Assembly (NCBI RefSeq): GCF_009914755.1
Contig: NC_060929.1
Origin: the human T2T-CHM13v2.0 reference genome, Homo sapiens
DNA: 64,000 bases
Direction: 5' to 3' (one strand)
A model generated the notes under the pieces. It searched no databases. It was not told the DNA's origin and saw only the letters and a program-made list of their open reading frames with translations. Both the position numbers and the translations under genes were made by a program. Of this stretch, positions 1 to 14,866 are shown one piece after another (the first letter of the stretch is position 1; every line of letters begins with the position of its first letter).

Positions 1-899
1 TGTATATGTTACTATAATTGAAATGAGTTCATCACTTTTTTTAAAGTTTTCTGGAAAGGTTTTATAGATCATACTAGTATTATGCTTTTCAGTTCAGTCT
101 AAAGTGGTGTTTTAAAATGAAGTCATCTATTAAGTTAATTGCTCTAAGCCAACCAATATTTTGAGAAAAGTCACATGAAAATTAATGGCTAATTACTTCC
201 CAGTTGCTCTTTAGCTCAGGTATGATATTATTTTATAATTCAAATTAAATTGATATTTTTCTACTTATACATTTGTAATTTGCATATTTTCTTGTAGTTT
301 TTATTAAACATTTTGTATAGATGTTTTTACTATATGATAATAATACAGAGAAACAATGTTACTCTATATAGACAAAAATAAAATAGGCTTAAAATACACA
401 CACAAGCACACACACATCCATATATATGCAATCTCTGTCAAATGGCAAACCATGTAACAAATAATTACAAAAATATTTAATTAAATACAGTAATAGGGGC
501 CTGTAATATAATTTATTCTATGCTATTTTATCTAATTTTTCATATGCATACCACTCACATAATTTAATATATATGCATAAATTTGATCCTTTCTGATTGC
601 TTTTTTGCAGTTTTTTAAGTTTGACTTATTTACCTACCATAAATTTCTCCCATCACTGAAATTATCCACGTTCTTCATCATCCCTTACTTCAATACTGCA
701 AATACACTTAATACAAAATAATATGTAGGATTTATTTCATTTTTATGAAATGCTCACATACATATAAAGTGTATTTTGCTTTAAAGAAATACCATTATAA
801 GAAACTTAATACATCTTGTTTTTCTTACATTTTTATTTTCCTCATTTTTTGAATATTCTTCCAAATCAATGGCATAGAATTCAATTTTTAAATGTACGC

Positions 900-1400
900 A
901 TGCTCTTAAATTTTACATATGTAGCATAATTCACTCATTCCCTAACTGATGGATATTTAGATGTTTCATTTTCTTTCCATTATGAAGAATAATGAGATAC
1001 ATATTCTTGCATATGTATCCTTAACAAAAAATAGATTTTTAGGTGAATTTTCAGGGGAAGTTTTTTAGAGGCAGGGTATAACTATTTTTTTTAATTGGTG
1101 GCCAGGTTGATTTCCATAAGTAATCTATATGAATGGCCTTTCCCTTTTATCCACAAAAAAAGGCCTTAATTATTATTTTGTAGTGTATGCATCCTCACCA
1201 ATAATAACTTACTGTTACTTTCTTTTGAAATTCCCTAGCTACTTGGGAATTTGAGCATCTTTTCATACTTTTGTTGGCTATTAGCATTTATTCTGCAAAT
1301 TTTATACTCATTCCACTTACAAATATTTTTATCGGAGTTTTTGTATATTTCTTGTCAATTTTAAGAGCTCGTGATACATTTAGTATACCAATCAAATTTT
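900..1400 (-). mobile_element. Ancient L1M (L1ME-like) fragment, degraded
   Basis: Motifs such as 'gatggatatttagatgtttc' and 'gagcatcttttcatactttt(g)ttggctatt' resemble the reverse strand of an old L1 ORF2 end/3'UTR. Boundaries are approximate. Confidence 0.45.
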
Positions 1401-1499
1401 TTCATATCTAACATTATTAAACTACATTTGCTTATTTTACATTTCACCATAAAACAGATTTATTTTTATTTATATTTTAAAAAATACAATTCAACCATT

Positions 1500-3005
1500 T
1501 TACAAATGTGTGAAGCAAGCTTACTGAGGGGGTGAAACAAAAAGATAATCTAAATAATTTTTGAAATAAGTGGAGTCTGTAAAATGAAAGGCAAACACAC
1601 AATGTATAAATATAGTGATCTTGTTGATAAAGTTTTTTCACACAAGGGTATGGGTTAATAATTCTGATATTACTATACATGTAATTTGGAATTCTACAAT
1701 TAAGTAAATTGATGGCAGATGATAGGATCTTAGTTTCTTAATATAATGGTGAGAGTGCACGGATGAGCAAGGAAAGAAAGAATTATTCACATGGCAATTG
1801 ATTAGAGTCTGAGACATCAGTAGGAACTCATGTTTAGTTTAATACAGATAGAGATGGTTAGATACAGAAATATTGATATATATGAACATATATACGTAAG
1901 TTAGGATACACACATAAAACTTGCTATCTCTGTTGAAGGCTTAGAAGCAACAACAACCCAAGTGGAAACAAGTATATGAAGCTCCTTGGATCATTTACAG
2001 CTTTTTAGGATTATTACAGAAAGCATACAAGATGAGCCTGAAGTGTCTTGTACCAAAAAGAAAAGAAGTACAGACACACACACACACACACACAAACCAA
2101 GCAAACACATATACTCATATGATAAGAGTCTGTCAAAGGGACACCGGTGACAATTCTAATACCTCCAATGGCCAAAGCTAAAACAACTTCAGCAACAAAA
2201 TTTTTAAAATGAGTAATATTGACATAGTATTGGATTATAACTTAAAATATAAAATAAATATTCATTAATCTGCAATGATAGAAATATATGATTGAATAGA
2301 TACGTGAATGGGAAAGTAGGGACAAATATCCCATGCAGAAGAATTTAAAATAATTTATGTAGATACTCTATGCTCACATAATTTCCTGCTTCTTTAGTGT
2401 GAGCTGTGCAGAGCAAGTGCATTTCAAAGAGTACAGTGTGAAAAAACCCTTGGGGGAGATAACTTAATCCTGACAAACACTACCTTAGCCAACTGATTAA
2501 AGTAAATATCTGCAGTAATAGTCACGTTGATGGCATGTGCCTTTGATAATCTGTGATGATGGCACTTCTACCCTATGTTTTTCTTCCCCAAAACACATGG
2601 CCCCAGTCTAATAATTAGAAAAATAAACAAATCGAAATAGAGCAACAGCCTACAAAATATATGACTAGTATTCCACAAAATTGCCAAGGTTTTCAAAAAC
2701 AAGAAAAGTCTGAGAAACTTATACTCAAGAGAAGACTAAGGAGATAGAACAACTAAATGTCTGGAATCCTAGATGAAATCCTGGAAAATAAAGTTGAAAT
2801 GAGGTAAAGACTAATAAATCTAAAAAGTATGCACTTTAGTAATAACAAAGTATCCATATTGGTTCATTAGTTGTAATAAATGAACCAGACTTTTGTAAGA
2901 TACTAATAACAGAGAAGCTGGAAGCAAAGTGTATCAGAACTCTCCATATTCTCTTTATGTTTTTCTGCACATCTAAAACTGCAATAACATATAGTTTATT
3001 TTTTA
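1500..3005 (+). mobile_element. Old L1 3'UTR fragment (L1MC/L1MD-like)
   Basis: Blocks 'gagacatcagtaggaactcatgtttagtttaata', 'cctgacaaacactaccttagcc' and 'aaggttttcaaaaacaagaaaagtctgagaaact' match my recall of the L1MC/MD 3' end. It ends in an 'atctaaaactg...agtttattttttaa' tail. Confidence 0.7.
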
Positions 3006-3664
3006 ATGATTATTAGCAAGTAATTTCAGAGTTTCCAGTTGATTAAAAATGTTATTAATTCATGTATTTCCCTGAGTTATCTTACTTATTTTATCGCTTA
3101 ATACTTAAGTATTTAATCTATCTGAAATTTACTTCATATAGTATTCAATGTGATTCTACTTTTTCACCATATTTTCAATAGTCTCAGCATTATTATCATT
3201 GCAGAGTCAAATCTGAACTATTGTTCTTAAATTGTGCATCACTGAAATTTTACACTATTTCTTCACATTTTTAGATTTAAGCATTTTTTGAAACATATTG
3301 ATCTTTATGAGTCTATTACATGCATAACATATTCAACAGAAGTTATTATAAGAACAGTTGACAAATTAACACACACTGCTCTAATGCATTCTGATGTTGA
3401 GAAGCAATGTCTGTAAAGTATTAAATGGTATTCATTAGAAAATATATTAATCACAGTGTTCAATTAATTCATCCATTTCAGAGTCTATAAGACAGATTAG
3501 TTATCCTGCTTAACATTATAAAAATCTCCTAATATTTAATATTAATATTGTGAGTGTTTTATGTTTTAATATAAGAAAAAGACTTAGCAAGCAAATTTTT
3601 CAGAAAAATATCTTAAGATTTTATTGACTTCTGAGTGAAAAACTGGATCCATTTTCTCTATATT

Positions 3665-3882
3665 CTTTTAAAAAATTTTTAATTTCTGTGGGTACATAGT
3701 AGGTATATGTATCTATAGGGTACCTGAGATTTTTTTTGCCTATAAATGATTTTCTTTTTTTAACTTTATTTTAGGTTCAGGGGTACATGTGAAGGTTTTA
3801 TAGGTAAACTCGTGTAACGGGGTTTGTTGTACAGATTATTTATTCAACCAGGTACTAAGCGTATACCTAATAGTTATTTTCC
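3665..3882 (-). mobile_element. Two short L1 3'-end fragments (L1MA-like and L1PB/old L1PA-like)
   Basis: 'gtgggtacatagtaggtatatg' and 'ttttaggttcaggggtacatgtgaagg...gtttgttgtacagattattt' are reverse-strand L1 3' termini. Confidence 0.65.
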
Positions 3883-4459
3883 GAAGGTAAATAATAGCTT
3901 GTGTTCCAGATTAAAAAAACAAACAACAAACAAAACCAAACTCTTTTAATGGCTAGGATGTGTATTCTTCAAAATACATCTGAAATGACCTACGAATATT
4001 TGGCTATTGTCAACAAACACAATAACTTTTTTTGTCTGCCCGTTATTAGACCATAAAGGCACCCCTTGCTTGGCCTCATATCTAGGAGTCTAATTACCCT
4101 CGCATAATTAAGCAGTATACGAGGTGTGTCAGCAGAAATAACACTAGAAAGACTGTTTGCACTTGCATGATTTTATCCATGAAACAAGTGGTCAGTTCAA
4201 CTGTGAGCTCTTGAACATGAGCAACACTCACAAAAATAATATGTTATTTACAAATACCACTTAAAAATTGAGTAAAAACTATTGGTGTCTTGTAATGCAG
4301 GATTTAATTGATTCTAGGATGAGAAGGGGTGCTGGCTACGAATGGCTCCAGGGGAAGATACGGATGAAAAAAATAAATTAAGGAGAAATTGCCTCAATTT
4401 TGACATTGGCTAGGTTAACATTTACAAACAATATACCTAATATCAAAAGGCATGAAAAG

Positions 4460-4889
4460 TATGGCGACTGGAATGAAAAGCCACCATTATTCACCCTTGC
4501 GTCCCTATACCCATGCCCTGCAGCATCAGAGCTGATAGTTTCTCCCAATAGAGGTGGAGTGTACCTTCCTACACTCAAATTTGGACCCTGCATGCCTTGT
4601 TCTGGCTAATGAGATACTAGCATTTGTCATGTAACAAAGGTATCAAATGTACTTGTGTGATGCTATCTAAAGCACCTTTCCTACCAGCCTGCCTGTCCAA
4701 AGAGGATGAGAAACTTGTGAAGCAGACCTAGATTTGACTTACGGTTCTGGGACAATCACAGCCATTCTTACCTAGATCAACCAATCAACAGCTGACATGT
4801 AGATGTATTAAGAAAAAAAGTGACTGTCATTTAAAGCTAGTGAATTTGGAAGTTGGTTCATTATGTAGAATGGGGCAATAAGTAATACA
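4460..4889 (+). mobile_element. MLT1-family MaLR solo LTR (old, MLT1H/I/J-like)
   Basis: 'cccaatagaggtggagtgtacc' core and 3' end 'tttaaagctagtgaatttggaagttggttcattatgtag...taataca'. Confidence 0.6.
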
Positions 4890-5630
4890 TTAAATAATAG
4901 GATGATGCACCCTGTTTTCATTATCACTAAGAAAAGCAACAATGGCCAAAAGTAGACTTAATAAACTGTATTTAGAAAATAGAGTCAGATTCTAAAGGAA
5001 AGGAGAAACAGAATGGTCTGTTATGTCATGTGCAGAGCAGCATTGAATTAAAGAAAGGAGATTAAAAAATAATAAAATAAATAAATTTAAGGTATAGAAA
5101 GGCTACCAAAGAATTCTGGAGCTAAGGGAATTTTGAAAACACATTGTTTTAACTATTTGATTTCTTACAGAAAAAAAAAGTTCAGATTTATTTATTCTAA
5201 ATTATTGTTATGTAATGTCTTGCCTAAGCTTCCCATACATTTTATCTAACTTCTATTCAAGTGTTATTTGAATAAATTATGATTTATCTTAAAAGCAGAT
5301 CCACCATTATTCAATTATATTTTTCTTATATTCCTTTTATTTAGTCATATCTTGTTAAGTTACAATTAGTTGAAGTATGTTGCTATTTTAAAACAATGAT
5401 GGTTTTAATAAGAAAAAATATATATTAAAGCATTTCACGAGTGCCATGACATTTTGAAAAAATCAGCCCAACAAATCTATCCTTTTTTGTTGAAAACTTA
5501 GATTAAAATTTCAGGTAGAGAGGATGATAACTTTTAGATAGTAGATATACCTTTCTCCACTTTGGAAATGAAAACTGAATCAACCATAATATTTTCCAAC
5601 AAGAAAATCGTCCACCTTTCTGAAGCATAT

Positions 5631-5649
5631 AAAAATAACTTAAAATTCC
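5631..5649 (+). repeat. 5' copy of the 19-bp L1 target-site duplication (AAAAATAACTTAAAATTCC)
   Basis: The identical sequence recurs at 12099-12117. It abuts the L1 5' end GGGGAGGAGCC. Confidence 0.95.
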
Positions 5650-6553
5650 GGGGAGGAGCCAAGATGGCCGAATAGGAACAGCTCAGGTCTACAGCTCCCA
5701 GCGTGAGCGACGCAGAAGACGGTGATTTCTGCATTTCCATCTGAGGTACCGGGTTCATCTCACTAGGGAGTGCCAGACAGTGGGCGCAGGCCAGTGTGTG
5801 TGCGCACCGTGCGCGAGCCGAAGCAGGGCGAGGCATTGCCTCACCTGGGAAGCGCAAGGGGTCAGGGAGTTCCCTTTCCGAGTCAAAGAAAGGGGTGACC
5901 GACGCACCTGGAAAATCGGGTCACTCCCACCCAAATATTGCGCTTTTCAGACCGGCTTAAGAAACGGCGCACCACGAGACTATATCCCACACCTGGCTCG
6001 GAGGGTCCTATGCCCACGGAATCTCGCTGATTGCTAGCACAGCAGTCTGAGATCAAACTGCAAGGCGGCAACGAGGCTGGGGGAGGGGCGCCCGCCATTG
6101 CCCAGGCTTGCTTAGGTAAACAAAGCAGCCGGGAAGCTCGAACTGGGTGGAGCCCACCACAGCTCAAGGAGGCCTGCCTGCCTCTGTAGGCTCCACCTCT
6201 GGGGGCAGGGCACAGACAAACAAAAAGACAGCAGTAACCTCTGCAGACTTAAGTGTCCCTGTCTGACAGCTTTGAAGAGAGCAGTGGTTCTCCCAGCACG
6301 CAGCTGGAGATCTGAGAACGGGCAGACTGCCTCCTCAAGTGGGTCCCTGACTCCTGACCCCCGAGCAGCCTAACTGGGAGGCACCCCCCAGCAGGGGCAC
6401 ACTGACACCTCACACGGCAGGGTATTCCAACAGACCTGCAGCTGAGGGTCCTGTCTGTTAGAAGGAAAACTAACAACCAGAAAGGACATCTACACCGAAA
6501 ACCCATCTGTACATCACCATCATCAAAGACCAAAAGTAGATAAAACCACAAAG
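5650..6553 (+). promoter_or_regulatory. L1 5'UTR: CpG-rich internal Pol II promoter with intact YY1 site (AAGATGGCC, 5661-5669), also containing the antisense promoter
   Basis: Canonical L1HS 5'UTR with dense CpGs in an otherwise CpG-poor window. Promoter function is inferred from established L1 biology. Confidence 0.9.
5883..6098 (-). CDS. ORF0: L1 ORF0 (71-aa antisense primate-specific ORF)
   Basis: ATG at 6098 (CAT 6096-6098) gives MAGAPPPASLPPCSLISDCCASNQRDS...HPFL*, the known ORF0 peptide. Confidence 0.85.
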   Translation of the reverse strand: MAGAPPPASLPPCSLISDCCASNQRDSVGIGPSEPGVGYSLVVRRFLSRSEKRNIWVGVTRFSRCVGHPFL

Positions 6554-7570
6554 ATGGGGAAAAAACAGAACAGAAAAACTGGAAACTCTAAAACGCAGAG
6601 CGCCTCTCCTCCTCCAAAGGAACGCAGTTCCTCACCAGCAACAGAACAAAGCTGGATGGAGAATGATTTTGACGAGCTGAGAGAAGAAGGCTTCAGACGA
6701 TCAAATTACTCTGAGCTACGGGAGGACATTCAAACCAAAGGCAAAGAAGTTGAAAACTTTGAAAAAAATTTAGAAGAATGTATAACTAGAATAACCAATA
6801 CAGAGAAGTGCTTAAAGGAGCTGATGGAGCTGAAAACCAAGGCTCGAGAACTACGTGAAGAATGCAGAAGCCTCAGGAGCCGATGCGATCAACTGGAAGA
6901 AAGGGTATCAGCAATGGAAGATGAAATGAATGAAATGAAGCGAGAAGGGAAGTTTAGAGAAAAAAGAATAAAAAGAAATGAGCAAAGCCTCCAAGAAATA
7001 TGGGACTATGTGAAAAGACCAAATCTACGTCTGATTGGTGTACCTGAAAGTGATGTGGAGAATGGAACCAAGTTGGAAAACACTCTGCAGGATATTATCC
7101 AGGAGAACTTCCCCAATCTAGCAAGGCAGGCCAACGTTCAGATTCAGGAAATACAGAGAACACCACAAAGATACTCCTCGAGAAGAGCAACTCCAAGACA
7201 CATAATTGTCAGATTCACCAAAGTTGAAATGAAGGAAAAAATGTTAAGGGCAGCCAGAGAGAAAGGTCGGGTTACCCTCAAAGGAAAGCCCATCAGACTA
7301 ACAGCAGATCTCTCGGCAGAAACCCTACAAGCCAGAAGAGAGTGGGGGCCAATATTCAACATTCTTAAAGAAAAGAATTTTCAACCCAGAATTTCATATC
7401 CAGCCAAACTAAGCTTCATAAGTGAAGGAGAAATAAAATACTTTATAGACAAGCAAATGTTGAGAGATTTTGTCACCACCAGGCCTGCCCTAAAAGAGCT
7501 CCTGAAGGAAGCGCTAAACATGGAAAGGAACAACCGGTACCAGCCGCTGCAAAATCATGCCAAAATGTAA
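6554..7570 (+). CDS. ORF1: LINE-1 ORF1p, RNA-binding protein/nucleic-acid chaperone (338 aa)
   Basis: MGKKQNRKTGNSKTQSASPPPKERSSSP start, coiled coil, and intact REKG, ARR and YPAKLS motifs. Confidence 0.98.
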   Translation: MGKKQNRKTGNSKTQSASPPPKERSSSPATEQSWMENDFDELREEGFRRSNYSELREDIQTKGKEVENFEKNLEECITRITNTEKCLKELMELKTKARELREECRSLRSRCDQLEERVSAMEDEMNEMKREGKFREKRIKRNEQSLQEIWDYVKRPNLRLIGVPESDVENGTKLENTLQDIIQENFPNLARQANVQIQEIQRTPQRYSSRRATPRHIIVRFTKVEMKEKMLRAAREKGRVTLKGKPIRLTADLSAETLQARREWGPIFNILKEKNFQPRISYPAKLSFISEGEIKYFIDKQMLRDFVTTRPALKELLKEALNMERNNRYQPLQNHAKM

Positions 7571-7609
7571 AGACCATCGAGACTAGGAAGAAACTGCATC
7601 AACTAATGA

Positions 7610-11461
<3,852 letters not shown>

Positions 11462-11699
11462 ACAATGAGATCACATGGACACAGGAAGGGGAATATCACA
11501 CTCTGGGGACTGTGGTGGGGTCGGGGGAGGGGGGAGGGATAGCATTGGGAGATATACCTAATGCTAGATGACACATTAGTGGGTGCAGTGCACCAGCATG
11601 GCACATGTATACATATGTAACTAACCTGCACAATGTGCACATGTACCCTAAAACTTAGAGTATAATAAAAAAAAAAAAAAAAAGAAAAAAAAAAAAAAA

Positions 11700-12098
11700 G
11701 AATAGGGCGTCCGAAGGCTTCATTTGTTCACAAGAAGCCAACTGAAAATTAACATATAAAAATGTATAAACTAGTATAAGAAATTGTCAAAACAAAGTGA
11801 AAGCATAGTGGAAATAAATGCATTTAAGAAGAAACAAAGATAAAAGAAGAAGGAAGGAAGGAAAAGAGGGAGGGAAAGAGGAAGGTGGGGAGGAAGGGAA
11901 GTAAGATAGCACTCTAGAGATGGTGAAACCAAAATAGTATGGTTTCCTAATACATACTGTAAACTTATAAAAAATGTTGGGGCCCTTCAATTATCCTAAT
12001 AATGTACAGAAAGCTATTTCACTAAAGTAGTGGAAGAATTCTTGCTGTGTATTTTTATGATTAAATCTCTGGAAAAATGTAAAAAAAAAAAAAAAAAA
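11700..12098 (+). other. L1-mediated 3' transduction (about 381 bp non-L1 sequence) plus second poly(A)
   Basis: Unique sequence 11700-12080 lies between the L1 poly(A) and a second pure A tract starting at 12081. ATTAAA is at 12060-12065. All of it is inside the TSD pair. Confidence 0.93.
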
Positions 12099-12117
12099 AA
12101 AAATAACTTAAAATTCC
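12099..12117 (+). repeat. 3' copy of the 19-bp L1 target-site duplication
   Basis: AAAAATAACTTAAAATTCC, identical to 5631-5649. The left boundary is blurred by the poly(A). Confidence 0.95.
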
Positions 12118-13329
12118 TTCAATATTAAATGATGTAGTTATATTCAATAAGTCGTGTTTATATTACATTTATAATATTTAAATGAGATTTGAAAACAAAC
12201 AAAATAACCCACCCTAGAACAAATGCATCTCTTAGCTAGACTGACAAATAAACAAAAAAATGCTACTGATTTCAGAACATTTGAATGATAAAGCCTACTC
12301 TTGTTCCAACTTAATTTATCTTAAACATGAAAATGTAACATGACCTCATTATTGACATGGATCATAAGGTAAATAAAAAGTACATTCATGAAATTGATGA
12401 TACAGGTTAAAAATGCTTTAAATAGTTTTTCTTTTCTAACTTTTCTATTCTAGAAGGTGTTGATACCAAAGAATTCTTACACTGCATAGAGATAAAAAAG
12501 GCTGCAATGAGTAAGTCCATCTGTCTCTCTGCCTCTGTCTCTGTCTGTTTCTCTATCTGTCCTTCTCCCTTTCTCTATCTCTCCTTCTCACCCTCTTACC
12601 TCCCCATGCTCATATGTGTCTTAGTCCTATAAGTACTTCTACGGAATATCTTATTTGTTATTTTCCATTATATACTTAAATATGGGCGATTATTTTTGTC
12701 TGACTCCCTTTTCCTTCTCTGACCAGTACTAATCAATGGAATAGTCATAAGTCAAATACATAATTAAGCAGAAAAAGTGTCCACACATGTATGATCAATT
12801 AAGTGGAAATAAAGAAGGAATAAGTTATTTTTTCCTACATTAGCTTAGCCTTCGTTTAAACCATTATAACTGCTTCCTTCTTACAGCTGGCTATTTGCAC
12901 TTCTCAATCATCTAAAAACTCCATCATTTAAAATATAGAAAATTTTTTCAGTTTTATCCATTCCTCTTTATCTTTCCACTTTTTTTCTTTCTGAAGTGAT
13001 TTGGTCCAAAAAACGCCTACGTGTGGCTGAGACATGTAGGTATTGGCTTAAAGGGAAGAATGAACTCCAGTAGCCCCTACTGGGCATTTAGATTCTGAGC
13101 TAAATGAGGAGGACTTCTGTTTGTGAGGTTGATCCCGTGGATGAGGTGTTCAAGGCCTTATTAGTGAGAGAAGGGTGTCGCTGTGGTGGGGTACAGAGGT
13201 GAATTTGGGTGTTGGAACATGTATGGGGTCATCAGAATGTTTGTAAAATGAGTATTGCGAGTGTCAGCTACAAAGAGAGGTTGGTTACAAACAGAAGGAT
13301 TGGTCAAATACATTAACACCCTGAGGATA

Positions 13330-13549
13330 ATGGTAGCAAGCCTTCTTATATCAGTTAGGTGAATCACAAATCTGAAAAAGGAGAAAATTAGAATTAATAG
13401 AATGAACTATCTTGTTAAATAAGAATTGGACCTACCACTGGTAATCAACACTTTCAGTATGTTTAGATATTTAGATATAGTTGCAGGTACAAATTGAGGA
13501 GCCTGAGTCACTCTGTTTTGCCAGAAAGGTTAATGAGATGCATCCAATA

Positions 13550-13581
<32 letters not shown>

Positions 13582-13920
13582 AACAAGCAAAAAGTAAAAA
13601 TAGAAGCAGCAAGCCGATAGTGACTCCCACTGACCAAATGTGGGAAAATTTAAGCATCAAAATAAACAATTTTGATTATAAAAGTAAGAGATTATAACTT
13701 ATTGAATAAAACAGGAATCCACAGTCTACAGATATAAACATACATTAATGGATAAATTAGGGGTTTCATGAGATTGTAGATATTTAGATATTTACAGAAT
13801 CAAAAAATAACCCCCCCCAAAATACTTACAAACTTCAAAATAAAAAGGGGAATCTTGGCAGACATTGCCTTTATCTAGTGATTACAAGTATTGTTACTAT
13901 TAATAGGTGATTATTTGAAT
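13330..13920 (+). mobile_element. L1MC4-like 3' fragment
   Basis: 'cccactgaccaaatgtgggaaaatttaagcatcaaaataa' and 'ttattgaataaaacaggaatcca' resemble the L1MC4 3' end. Confidence 0.55.
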
Positions 13921-14550
13921 TTGGCCAGGGTTGTGAGAGGAATTGGTAATACATTTTGTCAAATGCTTTTTCTGCATGCATTACTTTTTCTGTTGAGGTG
14001 TTTAATTACAGTGATTGATTTTTTATTATTTCTCCTGTCTATCTTTAATTCGGAGTATGACAACTTGTCTGAATTTGCCAACATTCTGTCACCGTGTGTT
14101 TCACAACTATGATGGCTGTGTCAATGATTTTCCTTCCTCTCTTTTCAATTTTCTTCACCCTTTCAATCATCAGTCACTTAGTGAGTGTCATTCCCTCTAG
14201 AAAATCACCTGGTCTATTATTGTGAATTTTTGTGTGCAATGTTTTGAACAGATGTATTTTTTTTGTCTTAGGTTATTTGCCAAGCTATATTGAAAATGTA
14301 AAGGTTTGGGGATGGTATGCCAACTACGTAAATGCTAATGAATGCACAGAACCTGTTCAAAATAACCACATTAAATGTTTAGAGAAGAGAAAATGTTGTT
14401 TAAAGCATGTTTAAATGTTAACATAATAGTTTGTTACTTATACATAGGCATTTTCCCCAAGTGTGTTTTCATTTTACATTGATTATCATTGGAAGTTTTG
14501 CATTAATTAGACATGTATTGTACATGTATCTGCCTAAAATAAATACAACT

Positions 14551-14866
<316 letters not shown>

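Noticed and set aside
4094-4128. Cryptic loxP-like site (ttaccctcgcata-N9-tatacgaggtgtg)
   Set aside because: Each arm matches only about 9/13 and the spacer is 9 bp rather than 8, which is consistent with chance.
11505-11540. G-quadruplex-like G tract
   Set aside because: It is a standard, known feature of the L1HS 3'UTR and not specific to this locus.
11787-11990. 67-aa minus-strand ORF inside the transduced DNA as a shuffled exon
   Set aside because: It derives largely from a GA-rich low-complexity tract and has no recognisable homology or splice context.
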